A stretch of DNA of 64,000 nucleotides, taken from NCBI GenBank assembly GCA_965199955.1, contig CBDATQ010000001.1:2080001-2144000 (forward strand). The letters run 5' to 3'. The number at the start of each line of letters is the position of its first letter. Position 1 is the stretch's first letter. This document shows positions 29,762-40,557 of the stretch, piece after piece. The stretch is from Spirochaetia bacterium. Lineage in GTDB: Bacteria; Spirochaetota; Spirochaetia; SZUA-6; Bin103. The notes under the pieces are model-generated. The model had not been told where the DNA came from, made no database searches, and saw only the letters and a list, made by a program, of their open reading frames with translations. A program made the translations under genes and the position numbers.

Positions 29762-31937
29762 CATGGAACGCCGGATCGGGAATACCTGTCCTCGTACGCC
29801 GGGAGCGATCCCGCTGGTGCTGGCGGCGCTGGTGCTCCTGCCCGCAACCGTGTTCGCCCGCATCACGGAAGACGCCATCGTGCTCGGCGCGGCGGTCTCG
29901 TTGACCGGCCGGTACACGACCGCCGGGCATCACACGCGCAACGGGTACGACCTGGCGGTCAAGATGATCAACGAGCGGGGCGGCGTCGTCGTCGCGGACA
30001 AGGCGTACCGGTTGGAGATCCTCTGCTACGACGACGAGTCGACGCCGGCCCGCGGCGCCCAGTTGGCCGAGCGCCTGATCCGGCAGGACGGCATCCGCTT
30101 CATGCTCGGCCCCTACAGCTCCGGGCTGACCACGGCCATCGCGCCGATCACCGAGCAGCACAAGGTGCCGATGGTGGAGGGCAACGGCGCCTCACGGGCG
30201 CTGTTCAACAAGGGCTACCGCTACCTGTTCGCGGTGCTTTCCACCTCCGAGCAGTACCTGCAGGAGGCGATCAACCTGGCGGCCGAGCAGGCCGCGGCGG
30301 GCGCACGGGATCCCGCGACCCTTCGGGTCGCCGTGGCGACCGCCAACGATCCGTTCTCGCAGGACATCCGCGCCGGCGTCATCGACGACGCCCGGAGGCA
30401 CGGCATGCAGGTGGTGATCGACGACAAGCTGCCCCGCGAAGCGAACGACATGGCGGCGACGCTGCTCAAGGTCAAGGCATTGCGCCCGGACGTGCTGCTG
30501 GTATCCGGCCACTCCAAGGGCGCCGCCCTGCTGGTCCGGCAGGCCGAGGAGATGCGGGCATCGGCGCCGATGGTCGCCATGACGCATTGCGAGTCGGCGC
30601 AGATCACCGACACGAAGCAGTTTGGCCACGCGGCCGAAGGCATCCTGTGCGCGGCCCAGTGGGCGCCCACGCTGACCTACCGCGACGGCCTGTTCGGCAG
30701 CGCCGCCGACTACGCGGTCCGGTTCGAAAAGGAGTACGGCTACGTCCCGCCGTACCAGGCCGCGGAGTCCACCGCCGCCGTCATGGTCTGGGCCGACGCC
30801 CTGGAGCGCGCCGGATCGTTCGACACCGAGACGGTGCGCGCAGCACTGGCCGCGACCGACATGCAGACCTTCTACGGCAACATCCGCTTCGACCAGACCG
30901 GCAAGAACATCGCCAAGCCGATGGTGCTGCTGCAGATCCAGGACGGGGAGTACCGGGTCGTGGCGCCGACCGACTGGGCCTCCGACGAGCTGGCTTTCCC
31001 GCGCCCGGGCTCGGCACCGGTTCCCGAGACGGTGGCCGCGCGCAGCGGCCCGCTGCTGCTGCAGTCGGGATCGCTGTCCGTGCAGCTCCTCCTTGACGGG
31101 CTGCTGGTGGGCGCCATCTTCGTGTTGGCAGCCTACGGGATGGCGCTGGTGTGGGGCGTAATGAACATCATCAACGTCTCGCAGGGAGAGCTGGTCATCC
31201 TGGGCGGCTACTTCACCTGGCTGCTGTCGACCCTGGGCGTCCATCCGCTGCTCGGGATTCCGGTTTCGGGAGCGGTCCTATTCGTGGTCGGCTGGGCGCT
31301 GTACCGGGCGGTAGTGTTCCGCATGGTCGACCGCGACCTGTTCGTGTCGCTGCTGGCCACATTCGGCTTGACGATCGTCCTGCAGCAGTTGATGAACCAG
31401 GTGTTCGGCGCCGACCTGCGGACCGCCAACGCCGGGCTCGGCTCCACGTTCCTGCTCGGCGACCGCGTGGTCCTGGGGAACATCAAGCTGGTGGCGTTCG
31501 CGGTGGCGCTCGTCACCGCGGCGTTGCTAGTGCTGTTCCTGCGGCGCAGCCGGGCTGGGCGGGCGATCCGGGCGACGGCCCAGAACGCGCGCGCGGCACG
31601 CCTGGTGGGCGTGCGCACCGATCGCGTCTACGCGCTGGCGTTCGCCCTGAACGCGGCGCTGTGCGGCGTCGCCGGCGCGCTGGTGGCGATGGTGTGGGTG
31701 ATCCATCCCTTCATCGGCATCACCTACACGGTACGGTCGTTCATGATCGTCGTGCTGGCGGGGCTGGGCAACGTCGCCGGCGTGGCTGTGGCCGGCACCG
31801 CGCTGGGAGTGGCGGAGAACTTCGCCGGCTTCAGCCTAGGCGTGGAGTTCCAGACCGCGTTCGTGTTCTCGCTGCTGGTGGTGATCCTGCTGGTGCGCAG
31901 CTATCTGCTCAGCCGCAGGCGGCAGGTGCTGCGATGA
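29762..31937 (+). CDS. LIV/HAAT-family binding protein fused to a LivH-type permease
   Basis: Signal peptide, SLTG, YDDES, LGPYSS, a Pro/Ala linker, then LLDGLLVGAIF.L.AYG..LVWGVMNIINVSQGE...GRAIRATAQN. Confidence 0.88.
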
Positions 31938-32950
31938 ATCTGCGCCACGTCGGACCGCTGGCGCTGCTGGCGGTCGGCATCGCGGGACCGTTCATCGCGC
32001 CGCAATTCCAGTCGCAGATCGCGATGCTGTGGGTGTTGGTCACCCTGGCGCTGACCTGGGACATCGTCGGCGGCCAGATGGGATACAACTCGTTCGGCAA
32101 CGTCGTGTTCTTCGGCGCCGGAATGTACGCCAGCGCCGTGGTGCAGCGCGCGCTGTTTTTCGAGGCGGACCAGTTCGCGGAGGTCGCCGCCAGCGCCGCC
32201 TTGCGCCCGGAGCCGCTCCAGTACCTCGGCGGGCTGGGGCTCGGCGTGGCGATCGGGGCGGTTGTCGCGCTGGCCCTGGCGGTCCTGCTGGGATCGAGCA
32301 TCCTCAGGCTGCGCGGGCACTACTTCGCGGTCGGCACCCTGGGACTGGGCGTCGCCGCGGGCGAGATCGTCAGCGGCATCGACTGGCTCGGCGCCGGCTC
32401 CGGACTGGTGACCCCCCTGTTCCCGGAGGCGCTGGGCAGCCACAATCGGTTCTTTTCCGTCTATTTCCTCGCGGTGGCGGTCATCTGCTTCGTCGTTCTG
32501 CAGGTCCTGTATCGCCGCCGGTTCGGGCTGCTGCTCAATGCCATCCGCGACGACGAGGACAAGGCCGAGGCGATGGGGCTGCCCACGATCCGCTGCAAGG
32601 TCGTCGCGTGGTCGGTGGCCGCGTTCTTCCTCGCCCTGACCGGCGGCGCCTACGGCAACTTCATCGGCTTCATCGATCCGCTCGACACGGCGTTCGCCGG
32701 CGCCACGTTCGGGGTGTGGATGATCCTGATGGCGATCATGGGCGGACGCGGCTCGCTGTGGGGGCCGGTGCTCGGGGCGATGGTCTTCCACGTCACGCAG
32801 GAGCTGTTCTGGACCTATCTGCTGGGCTGGCATCGGGTCGCCATGGGAGCGCTGATCGTCGTAATCGTCATGTTCCTGCCCGACGGCCTTCTGGGCTGGT
32901 TCCGGGAGCGCCGCGGTAACATCGCGCTGAACGCGGGCAGGGGCGCATGA
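31934..32950 (+). CDS. LivM-type permease
   Basis: WDIVGGQMGY.SFG, LRLRGHYFA, AIRDDE.KAEAMG, GGRGSLWGP. Confidence 0.92.
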   Translation: MNLRHVGPLALLAVGIAGPFIAPQFQSQIAMLWVLVTLALTWDIVGGQMGYNSFGNVVFFGAGMYASAVVQRALFFEADQFAEVAASAALRPEPLQYLGGLGLGVAIGAVVALALAVLLGSSILRLRGHYFAVGTLGLGVAAGEIVSGIDWLGAGSGLVTPLFPEALGSHNRFFSVYFLAVAVICFVVLQVLYRRRFGLLLNAIRDDEDKAEAMGLPTIRCKVVAWSVAAFFLALTGGAYGNFIGFIDPLDTAFAGATFGVWMILMAIMGGRGSLWGPVLGAMVFHVTQELFWTYLLGWHRVAMGALIVVIVMFLPDGLLGWFRERRGNIALNAGRGA

Positions 32951-33690
32951 GCGCACTGCTGCAGGTCGACGGCGTCAGCAAGTCGTTCGGCGGCGTCGCC
33001 GCCAACCGCAACATCACCATCGGCGTCCAGGCCGGCGCCGTGCATGGCCTGATCGGGCCGAACGGCTCCGGCAAGACCACGCTGTTCAACTGCATCGTCG
33101 GGCATCACCCCGTGGACGGCGGCACGGTGACCTTCGACGGCGCCCGCGTGGAGCGGATGACGGTACAGGGCATCGCCCGGCTCGGCCTGCTCCGCACCTT
33201 CCAGCAGACGCGCGTCTACGGGGGCATGAGCTGCCTGCAGAACATGCTGGTGTCCGCCGCGCCCCTCACGGCGGGCGGTGGCCGGCTGCTGCGCCGGTTC
33301 TCCGCCGCCGTGACCGAGCGCGCCGATTCGCTGCTGGAGTTCGCCGGACTCTATGCGTTGCGCGACCAGGTGGCGGGCAGCCTGTCGTTCGGCCAGCAGA
33401 AGCTGCTGGAGTTCGCGATGGCGCTGATGCGCGCTCCGAAGATGCTGCTGCTCGACGAGCCGACCGCCGGCATCAATCCGACCCTGATCAACGGCGTGAT
33501 CGACCGGCTGCTCAGGGCCAACGCTGAGATGGGCGTCACCCTGCTGGTCATCGAGCACAACATGCGCGTGATCATGAACCTGGCCACCCACATCCACTGT
33601 CTGGACCACGGCGGGCTGCTCGCGTCCGGCACGCCCGAGCAGGTGCGCAACGACCCACGCGTCCTCGACGCGTACCTGCGCTCGCAATGA
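32947..33690 (+). CDS. LivG-type ATP-binding protein
   Basis: GPNGSGKTT, RTFQ, LSFGQQK, DEPTAG, IEHN. Confidence 0.93.
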   Translation: MSALLQVDGVSKSFGGVAANRNITIGVQAGAVHGLIGPNGSGKTTLFNCIVGHHPVDGGTVTFDGARVERMTVQGIARLGLLRTFQQTRVYGGMSCLQNMLVSAAPLTAGGGRLLRRFSAAVTERADSLLEFAGLYALRDQVAGSLSFGQQKLLEFAMALMRAPKMLLLDEPTAGINPTLINGVIDRLLRANAEMGVTLLVIEHNMRVIMNLATHIHCLDHGGLLASGTPEQVRNDPRVLDAYLRSQ

Positions 33691-34559
33691 CGGACACCGG
33701 CTCGACCGCGGGCGGCGGCGTCTCCGGCTACGGCGCAGGCGAGCTGGGCGAAGTCGTATCGGTCGACCAGGTGGCGCGCGAGAGCGCGTCTCTGATCGAG
33801 CGGGGCGTTCCGAGGGAGACGCTGGACGAGCTTGCCGGCGGGGACGGCTTCGTGAGCGTCCGGGGCCTGGTGGCGGGGTACGGCCGCATGGAGATCCTGC
33901 ACGGCGTGGACCTGCAGGTCGGCCGCGGGCAATCGCTGTGCCTGATCGGACCGAACGGTGCCGGCAAGTCCACGGTCCTGCACTCGATCTACGGCCTGAA
34001 CACGATCATGGGCGGCACCATCAGCAAGGAAGGCCGCGACATCACTCGCATGCCCGCCACCGACAAGCTGCGGGCCGCCGGCATCGCCTACATCCTCCAG
34101 GACAACTCCGTGTTTCCGGACATGACCGTGGAAGAGAACCTGCAGATGGGCGCCTACCTGATGAGCGACAGGGCTGCCGCGCGGGCTGCCGTCGGCGGCG
34201 TGCTGGAGAAGTATCCGCGCCTCGCCGAGCGGCGCGCGCAGCCGGCGCGCGTGCTGTCGGGCGGCGAGCGCCGCCTGCTGGAGATCTCGCGGGCCCTGGT
34301 GATGGACCCCGACGTGCTGCTGGTGGACGAGCCGTCGATCGGCCTGGAGCCGCGTTTCATCGACATGGTCTTCGAGCTGTTGGCCGATCTGCGCGACCAC
34401 GAGGGCAAGACGATCATCATGGTCGAGCAGAACGCCCGCAAGGGGCTGGCGTTCGCGGACGTCGGCTACGTGCTGGTGTCGGGAGACCTGGCGCTGGCCG
34501 CACGGGGCGACGACCTGCTGCGGGACGAGCGGGTAGGCCGGCTGTTTCTGGGCGGGTAG
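33687..34559 (+). CDS. LivF-type ATP-binding protein
   Basis: GPNGAGKST, TVEENL.MG, LSGGE, DEPS.GL, VEQN. Confidence 0.93.
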   Translation: MTDTGSTAGGGVSGYGAGELGEVVSVDQVARESASLIERGVPRETLDELAGGDGFVSVRGLVAGYGRMEILHGVDLQVGRGQSLCLIGPNGAGKSTVLHSIYGLNTIMGGTISKEGRDITRMPATDKLRAAGIAYILQDNSVFPDMTVEENLQMGAYLMSDRAAARAAVGGVLEKYPRLAERRAQPARVLSGGERRLLEISRALVMDPDVLLVDEPSIGLEPRFIDMVFELLADLRDHEGKTIIMVEQNARKGLAFADVGYVLVSGDLALAARGDDLLRDERVGRLFLGG

Positions 34560-34687
34560 CCGGAGCTCAGGCCGGAACGGCATCCGGGGTGCAGCGATCG
34601 ACTCCCGGGATGCCGTCTAAGTCATCACGGCAACGTGGATGGCGTCTCACCGCGTCAAGGCCGTCCCGATCGGTCTATGATCGGCCC

Positions 34688-35713
34688 ATGGTCAACTTCG
34701 CACTCCTGGGAGCGGGGCGGATCGGCGCGATGCATGCCGCCAACCTCGCCGCCCGGTCGGATGCCCGGCTGGTGCGTGTCTACGATCCGGTGGGGGCCAT
34801 GGCGGCTGCGGTAGCCGGGCGCCACGGCGCTGCGGCCGCGGCGGATGTCGATTCCGCGCTTGGCGCCGACATCGATGCCGCGCTCATCGCCTCTTCGACA
34901 GACACGCACGTGCCCCTGATCATCGCCGCCGCCACCGCCGGCAAGGCCGTGCTGTGCGAGAAGCCGATCGACCTGAGCCTGGAGCGCGTGGAGCAGTGCT
35001 GGCAGGCGGTGCGGGATACCGGGGTGCCGATCCAGATCGGCTTCAACCGCCGCTACGACCCGACCCACCGGCGCGTGCGAGACCTGGCCGCGAGCGGCGC
35101 CGTCGGCGCCATCCACCAGGTGATCATCTCGAGCCGCGACCCGGAGCCGCCGCCGCCGGCCTACCTGCGCGTGTCCGGCGGGCTGTTCCGGGATATGATG
35201 ATCCATGACTTCGACCTCGCCCGCTTCGTGCTCGGCGAGGAGCCCACGTCCATCACGGCCATCGGTAGCGCGCTGGTGGATCCCGCGGTCGGCGAGCTGG
35301 GCGACGTCGACACTGCCATGGTCATGATGACGACCGAGTCCGGGGGCCAGTGCCACGTCAACTGTTCACGGCAGGCCGCGTACGGCTACGATCAGCGGCT
35401 GGAGGTGCACGGTGCGCTCGGCATGGTCTGCTCCGGCAACCGGCGCGAGGACGAAGCGCGGCTGTTCACGGCGGATGCCGCCGGATCCCCGGCGCCGCTC
35501 GAGCACTTCTTCATCGAGCGCTACGCGGCCTCCTATCAGGCCGAGCTTGCCGACTTCATCGATGCGGTGGCGACCGGCCGGGCCCCGTCGGTGACGTTCG
35601 CCGACGGCCGGCGCGCGCTGGAGCTGGCGGAGGCCGCGTTGCGCTCCCTGGAGAGCGGCAGTACCGTGGTGGTGCGCGGCGTCGCAGCGTCCGAAGGAGG
35701 AAGGGGTAGATGA
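34688..35713 (+). CDS. iolG: inositol 2-dehydrogenase
   Basis: GAGRIG, CEKP, GFNRRYD, SRDP, SGGLFRDMMIHDFD, YGYDQRLE. Confidence 0.92.
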   Translation: MVNFALLGAGRIGAMHAANLAARSDARLVRVYDPVGAMAAAVAGRHGAAAAADVDSALGADIDAALIASSTDTHVPLIIAAATAGKAVLCEKPIDLSLERVEQCWQAVRDTGVPIQIGFNRRYDPTHRRVRDLAASGAVGAIHQVIISSRDPEPPPPAYLRVSGGLFRDMMIHDFDLARFVLGEEPTSITAIGSALVDPAVGELGDVDTAMVMMTTESGGQCHVNCSRQAAYGYDQRLEVHGALGMVCSGNRREDEARLFTADAAGSPAPLEHFFIERYAASYQAELADFIDAVATGRAPSVTFADGRRALELAEAALRSLESGSTVVVRGVAASEGGRGR

Positions 35714-36927
35714 GCGAGTGGCTGAAATCGACAGTCGCACGGCTGCTGGTCGCATGGGAGAGGCGGGAATCGGGCGTCGCCTACGACCTGCTGTCGCCGC
35801 GGTTGAGGGAAGATCCGTATCCCATCTACCGGGAGATGCGCAGCAAGGATCCCGTGCACCGGATGAGGCTGGTGAAGGCTTGGGCGCTGACCCGGTACGA
35901 GGACGTGGAGCGGGTATTGCGGGACGACAAGCGGTTCTGCAGCAGCGACCGGGTCCTGGTGAAGACGATACCGCTGAGCCTGCTCGACATGGATCCTCCG
36001 GAGCACACGCGGGTGCGGGCGCTGGTGTCCAAGGCGTTCACGCCGAAGGCGGTGCGACAACTTCGGGGGCGCGTGCAGGAGATCGCCGACCGGCTGCTGG
36101 ACGAGGTCGCCGGACAGCGCCGCTTCGACGTGGTCGGAGCGCTGGGATACCCGCTGCCGGTCACGGTGATAGCGGAAATGCTGGGCGTGCGATCGGAAGA
36201 CATGGGCGTGTTCGAGAAGTGGTCGAACACGGGGGCGCTGGCCGTCGATCCGATCCTTGGCAGGAAACAGGTGCACGCCATCAGGCAGGCTGCCGAGCAG
36301 ATGTCCGCATACTTCGAGGGGATCATCGCCGAGCGGCGCCGCGAGCCGAGGGATGACCTGGTGACCGCGTTGCTGGCGGCGGAGGAAGCGGGGGACCGGC
36401 TGACGCACGAGGAGCTGCTGTCGGTGATGCGCCTGATCCTCGTGGCCGGGAACGAGACGACGCGAAACCTGATCGGCAACGGCGTGCTGGCACTGCTGAG
36501 GAATCCCGCGCAGCTCCAGCGTCTGCGGGAAGACCGCGGGCTGCTGGACTCGGCGGTGGACGAGCTTCTCCGGTACGACAGCCCCGTGCAGCTCGACGGG
36601 CGTGCCGCGCGCGAGGACGTCGAGGTCGGCGGCAAGCACATACGCGCGGGCGACGTGGTGATCTCCGTGCTCGGCGCGGCGAACCGCGATCCGGAGGCGT
36701 TCGACGATCCCGAGTCGCTGGACGTTGGCCGGCGCGGGAACAGCCACCTGTCGTTCGGCCGGGGGGTGCACTACTGTCTTGGAGGTCCCCTGGCGATCAT
36801 GGAAGCCCGCACGGCGTTGGCGAGCCTTCTGGATCGGTATTCGTCCATGCGGTTGGCCATGGAACCGGAGTACCGGGAGGGAGTGGCGCTGCGCGGAGTC
36901 GAGAGGCTCTGGATCGAGGCGGATTGA
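35710..36927 (+). CDS. cytochrome P450
   Basis: DPPEHTR.R, AGNETT, ELLR, FGRGVHYCLG. ATGA overlap with iolG. Confidence 0.96.
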   Translation: MSEWLKSTVARLLVAWERRESGVAYDLLSPRLREDPYPIYREMRSKDPVHRMRLVKAWALTRYEDVERVLRDDKRFCSSDRVLVKTIPLSLLDMDPPEHTRVRALVSKAFTPKAVRQLRGRVQEIADRLLDEVAGQRRFDVVGALGYPLPVTVIAEMLGVRSEDMGVFEKWSNTGALAVDPILGRKQVHAIRQAAEQMSAYFEGIIAERRREPRDDLVTALLAAEEAGDRLTHEELLSVMRLILVAGNETTRNLIGNGVLALLRNPAQLQRLREDRGLLDSAVDELLRYDSPVQLDGRAAREDVEVGGKHIRAGDVVISVLGAANRDPEAFDDPESLDVGRRGNSHLSFGRGVHYCLGGPLAIMEARTALASLLDRYSSMRLAMEPEYREGVALRGVERLWIEAD

Positions 36928-36976
36928 AACCGCCGGCGTGGTGGCTTGCTCGGGCGACGCTCTATAATCGCCGCAT

Positions 36977-37858
36977 ATGGCGATTACCGTAGGGACGGGG
37001 CCGGACTCGTGGGGTGTCTGGTTTCCGGCGGACCCGAAGCAACCCCCCTGGGAACAGTACCTGGACGAGGCGGCCGCGGCCGGCTACGAATGGACGGAGC
37101 TGGGTCCGATCGGCTACCTGCCGACCGATACCGGCGTGCTCCAGGAGGAGCTGGAGAAGCGCTCCTTGAAGCTCTGTGGCGGTTTTATCATGCGTCACCT
37201 GGAGGACGAGGGAGTCGCCGACCTGGTGTTGGGCGACATCGACCACGTGTCCGGCCCGTTCAACCAGCTTGGTGCGCGCTTTGTCGTCCTCATCGACGAC
37301 GCCTACACCAACCTGCAAACGGGTGAGCTGGAGCGTCCCAGGGAGCTGGACGACGCGGCGTGGGCGCGGCTGATCGAGACCGCCAATCGCGCCCAGGAGC
37401 GCGCGGCCGGCTACGGATTGCAGGTGGTGTATCACCCGCACGCCGATACGCACGTGGAGAACCACCGGCAGATGGAGCGCTTTCTGGCGGACGCCGATCC
37501 GGCGGTCATGCTCTGCCTGGACACCGGTCACGACGCCTACACCGGGGGCGATCCGATCGCCTTCTTCGAGAAGCACCACGAGCGTATCCCGTACCTGCAC
37601 CTGAAGAGCATCCGCGGCGACCTGCGGGAGCAGGTGCTGCGCGACGGCACGCCGTTCGCGACCGCGGTCGGGCAGGGGATGTTCTGCGAACCGTCGGAGG
37701 GGGAGGTCGACTTCGAGCGCCTGCGCGACGTCGCCCATCGGATCGGTTACGACGGCTTCGGCGTGGTGGAGCAGGACATGTATCCGCCGGCGCCCGGCGC
37801 GCCGTTCCCGATCGCCAAGCGGACCAGGGAGTACCTCCGGGACATCGGACTGGGCTGA
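36977..37858 (+). CDS. iolE: inosose dehydratase-like TIM-barrel protein
   Basis: PDSWG, ELGP.G, YHPH, CLDTGH, HLK, VEQD. Confidence 0.8.
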   Translation: MAITVGTGPDSWGVWFPADPKQPPWEQYLDEAAAAGYEWTELGPIGYLPTDTGVLQEELEKRSLKLCGGFIMRHLEDEGVADLVLGDIDHVSGPFNQLGARFVVLIDDAYTNLQTGELERPRELDDAAWARLIETANRAQERAAGYGLQVVYHPHADTHVENHRQMERFLADADPAVMLCLDTGHDAYTGGDPIAFFEKHHERIPYLHLKSIRGDLREQVLRDGTPFATAVGQGMFCEPSEGEVDFERLRDVAHRIGYDGFGVVEQDMYPPAPGAPFPIAKRTREYLRDIGLG

Positions 37859-37968
37859 GCGCAATCCTCCACTCGACTTCGGGGCGCGCCGTTGCACCTG
37901 CCGCGCCCGCCATGGCATTCTGGCCGTTCGCCCCGAGACCGGGGCGGATCAAGCTGGAGGTGCCTTCG

Positions 37969-38953
37969 ATGAGCTCGTGCGTAGTCGAGGCGCGCTCGGT
38001 CACCAGGGACTTCAGGGTCGCGCAGAAGCCGAGCGGCGGCTTCAGCACGCTGCGCCACCTGTTCCACCGCCGCTACCGGACGGTGCGGGCGGTGAGCGGA
38101 GTGTCCTTTTCGATACACGCGGGGGAGCGCGTGGCCGTGCTGGGGGCCAACGGCGCCGGCAAGACCACGCTGGTCAAGCTGATGTGCGGCCTGCTTCGCC
38201 CCACTGCCGGACAGGTCGAGCTGCTCGGCACGGAGCCGATCCGGCGACGGATCGCCGTGCGCCGGCAGATGGGCCTGGTTCTGGCGGGCCGCGTGCGGCT
38301 GTGGCCGGAGCTCACCGCGAACGACAACTTCGAGTTGCTGTACGCGCTGTACGGTCTGGATGCTTCCGAGCACGCGGGCCGCACGGCGCGGCTGGCCGAG
38401 CTGCTGGGAGTGTCCGGCGACCTGAAGACTCAGGTACGGAAGCTGTCCTACGGAACGCGCACCAAGCTGGAGCTGATGGGCGGGCTCCTGCACGCGCCGC
38501 GCGTCGTGTTCCTGGACGAGCCCACCGTGGGAGTGGACCAGCGCACGCGGGAGGCGCTCCACGACTTCCTGGGCAGCGATGCCCCGGACGGCCTGGGACG
38601 CGACGCGGCGCTGGTTCTCACCTCGCACAACCTGGCCGACATCACCCGCATCGCCCGGCGGGTGCTGCTGATCAGGGAGGGCCGCCTGGTGTACGACGGG
38701 ATGCTGCAGGACGTGGTCGCCGCCGCGCGTGAGTCCGTCCGCATCAAGGCAAGGGGCCGCCGCCTGAGCGACGCGCCGTGGGGCGACACCCGTGTCATCC
38801 GGGACACGGTGGACGAGCTGGAGCTGGCGGTGCATCCGCAGGCGCTCCGCCGCGTGCTGGCGGCGGTCACCGAGACGCGACGTGAAGGACGTGCGGACCG
38901 ATGTGCCGAGCGCCGAGGAGGCGCTGACAGAACTGTACCGGAACCTCGGATGA
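37969..38953 (+). CDS. ABC-2 exporter ATP-binding protein, frameshift near the 3' end
   Basis: GANGAGKTT, VRKLSYG, DEPTVGVD, TSH. A shift near 38878 restores DVKDV...EEAL.ELY..* with ATGA overlap. Confidence 0.85.
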
Positions 38954-39767
38954 GCGCACTGCGGCGCATGGCCGGTGCGGTGCGCGGGGCGCCGCGAGTC
39001 ACGTGGAGCTTGACGAAGGCGCTGGTGACGCAGTCCATGACGTACCGGGCCGACTACCTGATCGGCATCGCCATGTCGCTGCTGCCGACGCTGATGCTCG
39101 CGTTCGTCTGGTGGTCGATCCTGGGAGCGCGCAGCGGCTCCGAACGGCCGGCCCTGCTGGCGTATTTTCTTGCCGCCGGCCTGGTGGAGCAGTTGACGGA
39201 CACCGGAGAGTTTCAGTGGGGGCTGGCGGGGCGGATCCAGCAGGGCCAGGTCGAGCTGGAGGCGCTGGCGGAACCTCGCTGGGCATCGTCTGGTTCGGGA
39301 CCGCCGCCGGCATGCGCGCCGGTCAGATCATCGCCAAGGGACCGGGCCTGGTGCTGCTCGCCGCGGGCGTGCTGCTCGCCGGCAACTGGCTGGGCGCCGG
39401 GCATCTGGGCTACGCGCTCCTGGCGCTCTGCGGTGCCTTCGTGGTGCGGTTCCTGCTGTCCGTGGCCGTGTCGGCGCTTTCGTTCTGGATCGACGACGTC
39501 GCAGGCGTCTACTTCACCATACAGTTGGCAGCGAGCGTCCTGTCTGGCCGGCTGATCCCGCTCCACCTGCTCGGCGGGCGGGTGGAGGCGGTCATGGCGC
39601 TGACGCCGTTCTACTACCTGGTCTTCGCGCCGGCGACGCTGCTGGCGGGAGGCACGCCCGGGCATCCCGTGCTCGTCGGCCAACTGGTGTGGGCGGTGCT
39701 GCTGCTGGCCGCCGCCTGGGCGCTCACCCGCGCCGGTCTGCGCCGGTATACGAATGTCGCCGCCTAG
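38950..39767 (+). CDS. ABC-2 permease (DUF990-type), frameshift near 39275
   Basis: YRAD, I..GQ, SG.LIPL, PFYYL.F.P. Confidence 0.75.
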
Positions 39768-40545
39768 GTCCGCGCGCATCGCTGCCGCGGTGCTCAATGC
39801 CAGCGTGCGCGCCGACACGGCGTATCGCGGCGCCTTCCTGGCGCGCGCCGGCGAGGGCATCGCCAGCCTGGCGCTGTCGGTCGCGTTCTACGGCCTGATC
39901 TACACCCGGACCGACGGGATCGAAGGGTGGACGTACGCCCGGATCCTCACCCTGGCCGGCACCTTCGAGATCGTCCGCGCGATCGTGCATGCGCTGTTCA
40001 TCCGCAACCTGCCGCGTCTCCAGGACCGCATCCGCAACGGGGAACTGGATTACGACTTGCTCATGCCGGTCAACACGCGGTTCCTGGTCTCCTGCCGCCG
40101 GTTGTCGGTGATGAGTGCGCTACCCGCCGTGCTCGGCATCTTCCTGGTCGCCGCCGGAGCCACCGCCGAGGCGGGATGGCCTTCACCTGGTGGCGTGGCC
40201 GGCTATGTGGCCCTCCTGCTCGTGGCCGTGGTTGGCAACTACAGCCTCTGGTTCCTGGTGATGTGCCTGGCGTTCTGGATAGAGAAGGTGGACTGGCTGC
40301 AGATGCCCTATCTGGAGGCGCTGAACCTGGCGCGCTATCCGCCGACGGTCCTTCCGGCCGCGGTGCGGGTGGCCGCGACCGTGCTGCTGCCCGCGGTGGT
40401 AGGCGCGGCGCTGCCGGCGTCGGTGCTCTGGGGCGGGCTCGGCTGGCACGTGGCCGGGTTCGGCGCCGGCGTGGCGGCAACCGCGCTGGTGTCCGCCCTG
40501 GTATTCCGGCGCGGGCTGCTGCGCTACGAGGGCGGTACCGTCTGA
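39754..40545 (+). CDS. ABC-2 permease (DUF990-type)
   Basis: YRGAF, IEGWT, IRNGELD..L..P, AFW, ARYP, GL.RY. Confidence 0.88.
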   Translation: MSPPRSARIAAAVLNASVRADTAYRGAFLARAGEGIASLALSVAFYGLIYTRTDGIEGWTYARILTLAGTFEIVRAIVHALFIRNLPRLQDRIRNGELDYDLLMPVNTRFLVSCRRLSVMSALPAVLGIFLVAAGATAEAGWPSPGGVAGYVALLLVAVVGNYSLWFLVMCLAFWIEKVDWLQMPYLEALNLARYPPTVLPAAVRVAATVLLPAVVGAALPASVLWGGLGWHVAGFGAGVAATALVSALVFRRGLLRYEGGTV

Positions 40546-40557
40546 GTCACCCCGGGA

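Noticed and set aside
13650..39290. Programmed frameshifting at isolated shifts (13658, 17990, 38878, 39275)
   Set aside because: No slippery heptamer; sequencing error or early decay is simpler.
37360..39555. Apparent ATPase-permease fusion ORF
   Set aside because: A single frameshift near 38878 restores a normal ATPase stop with ATGA overlap.
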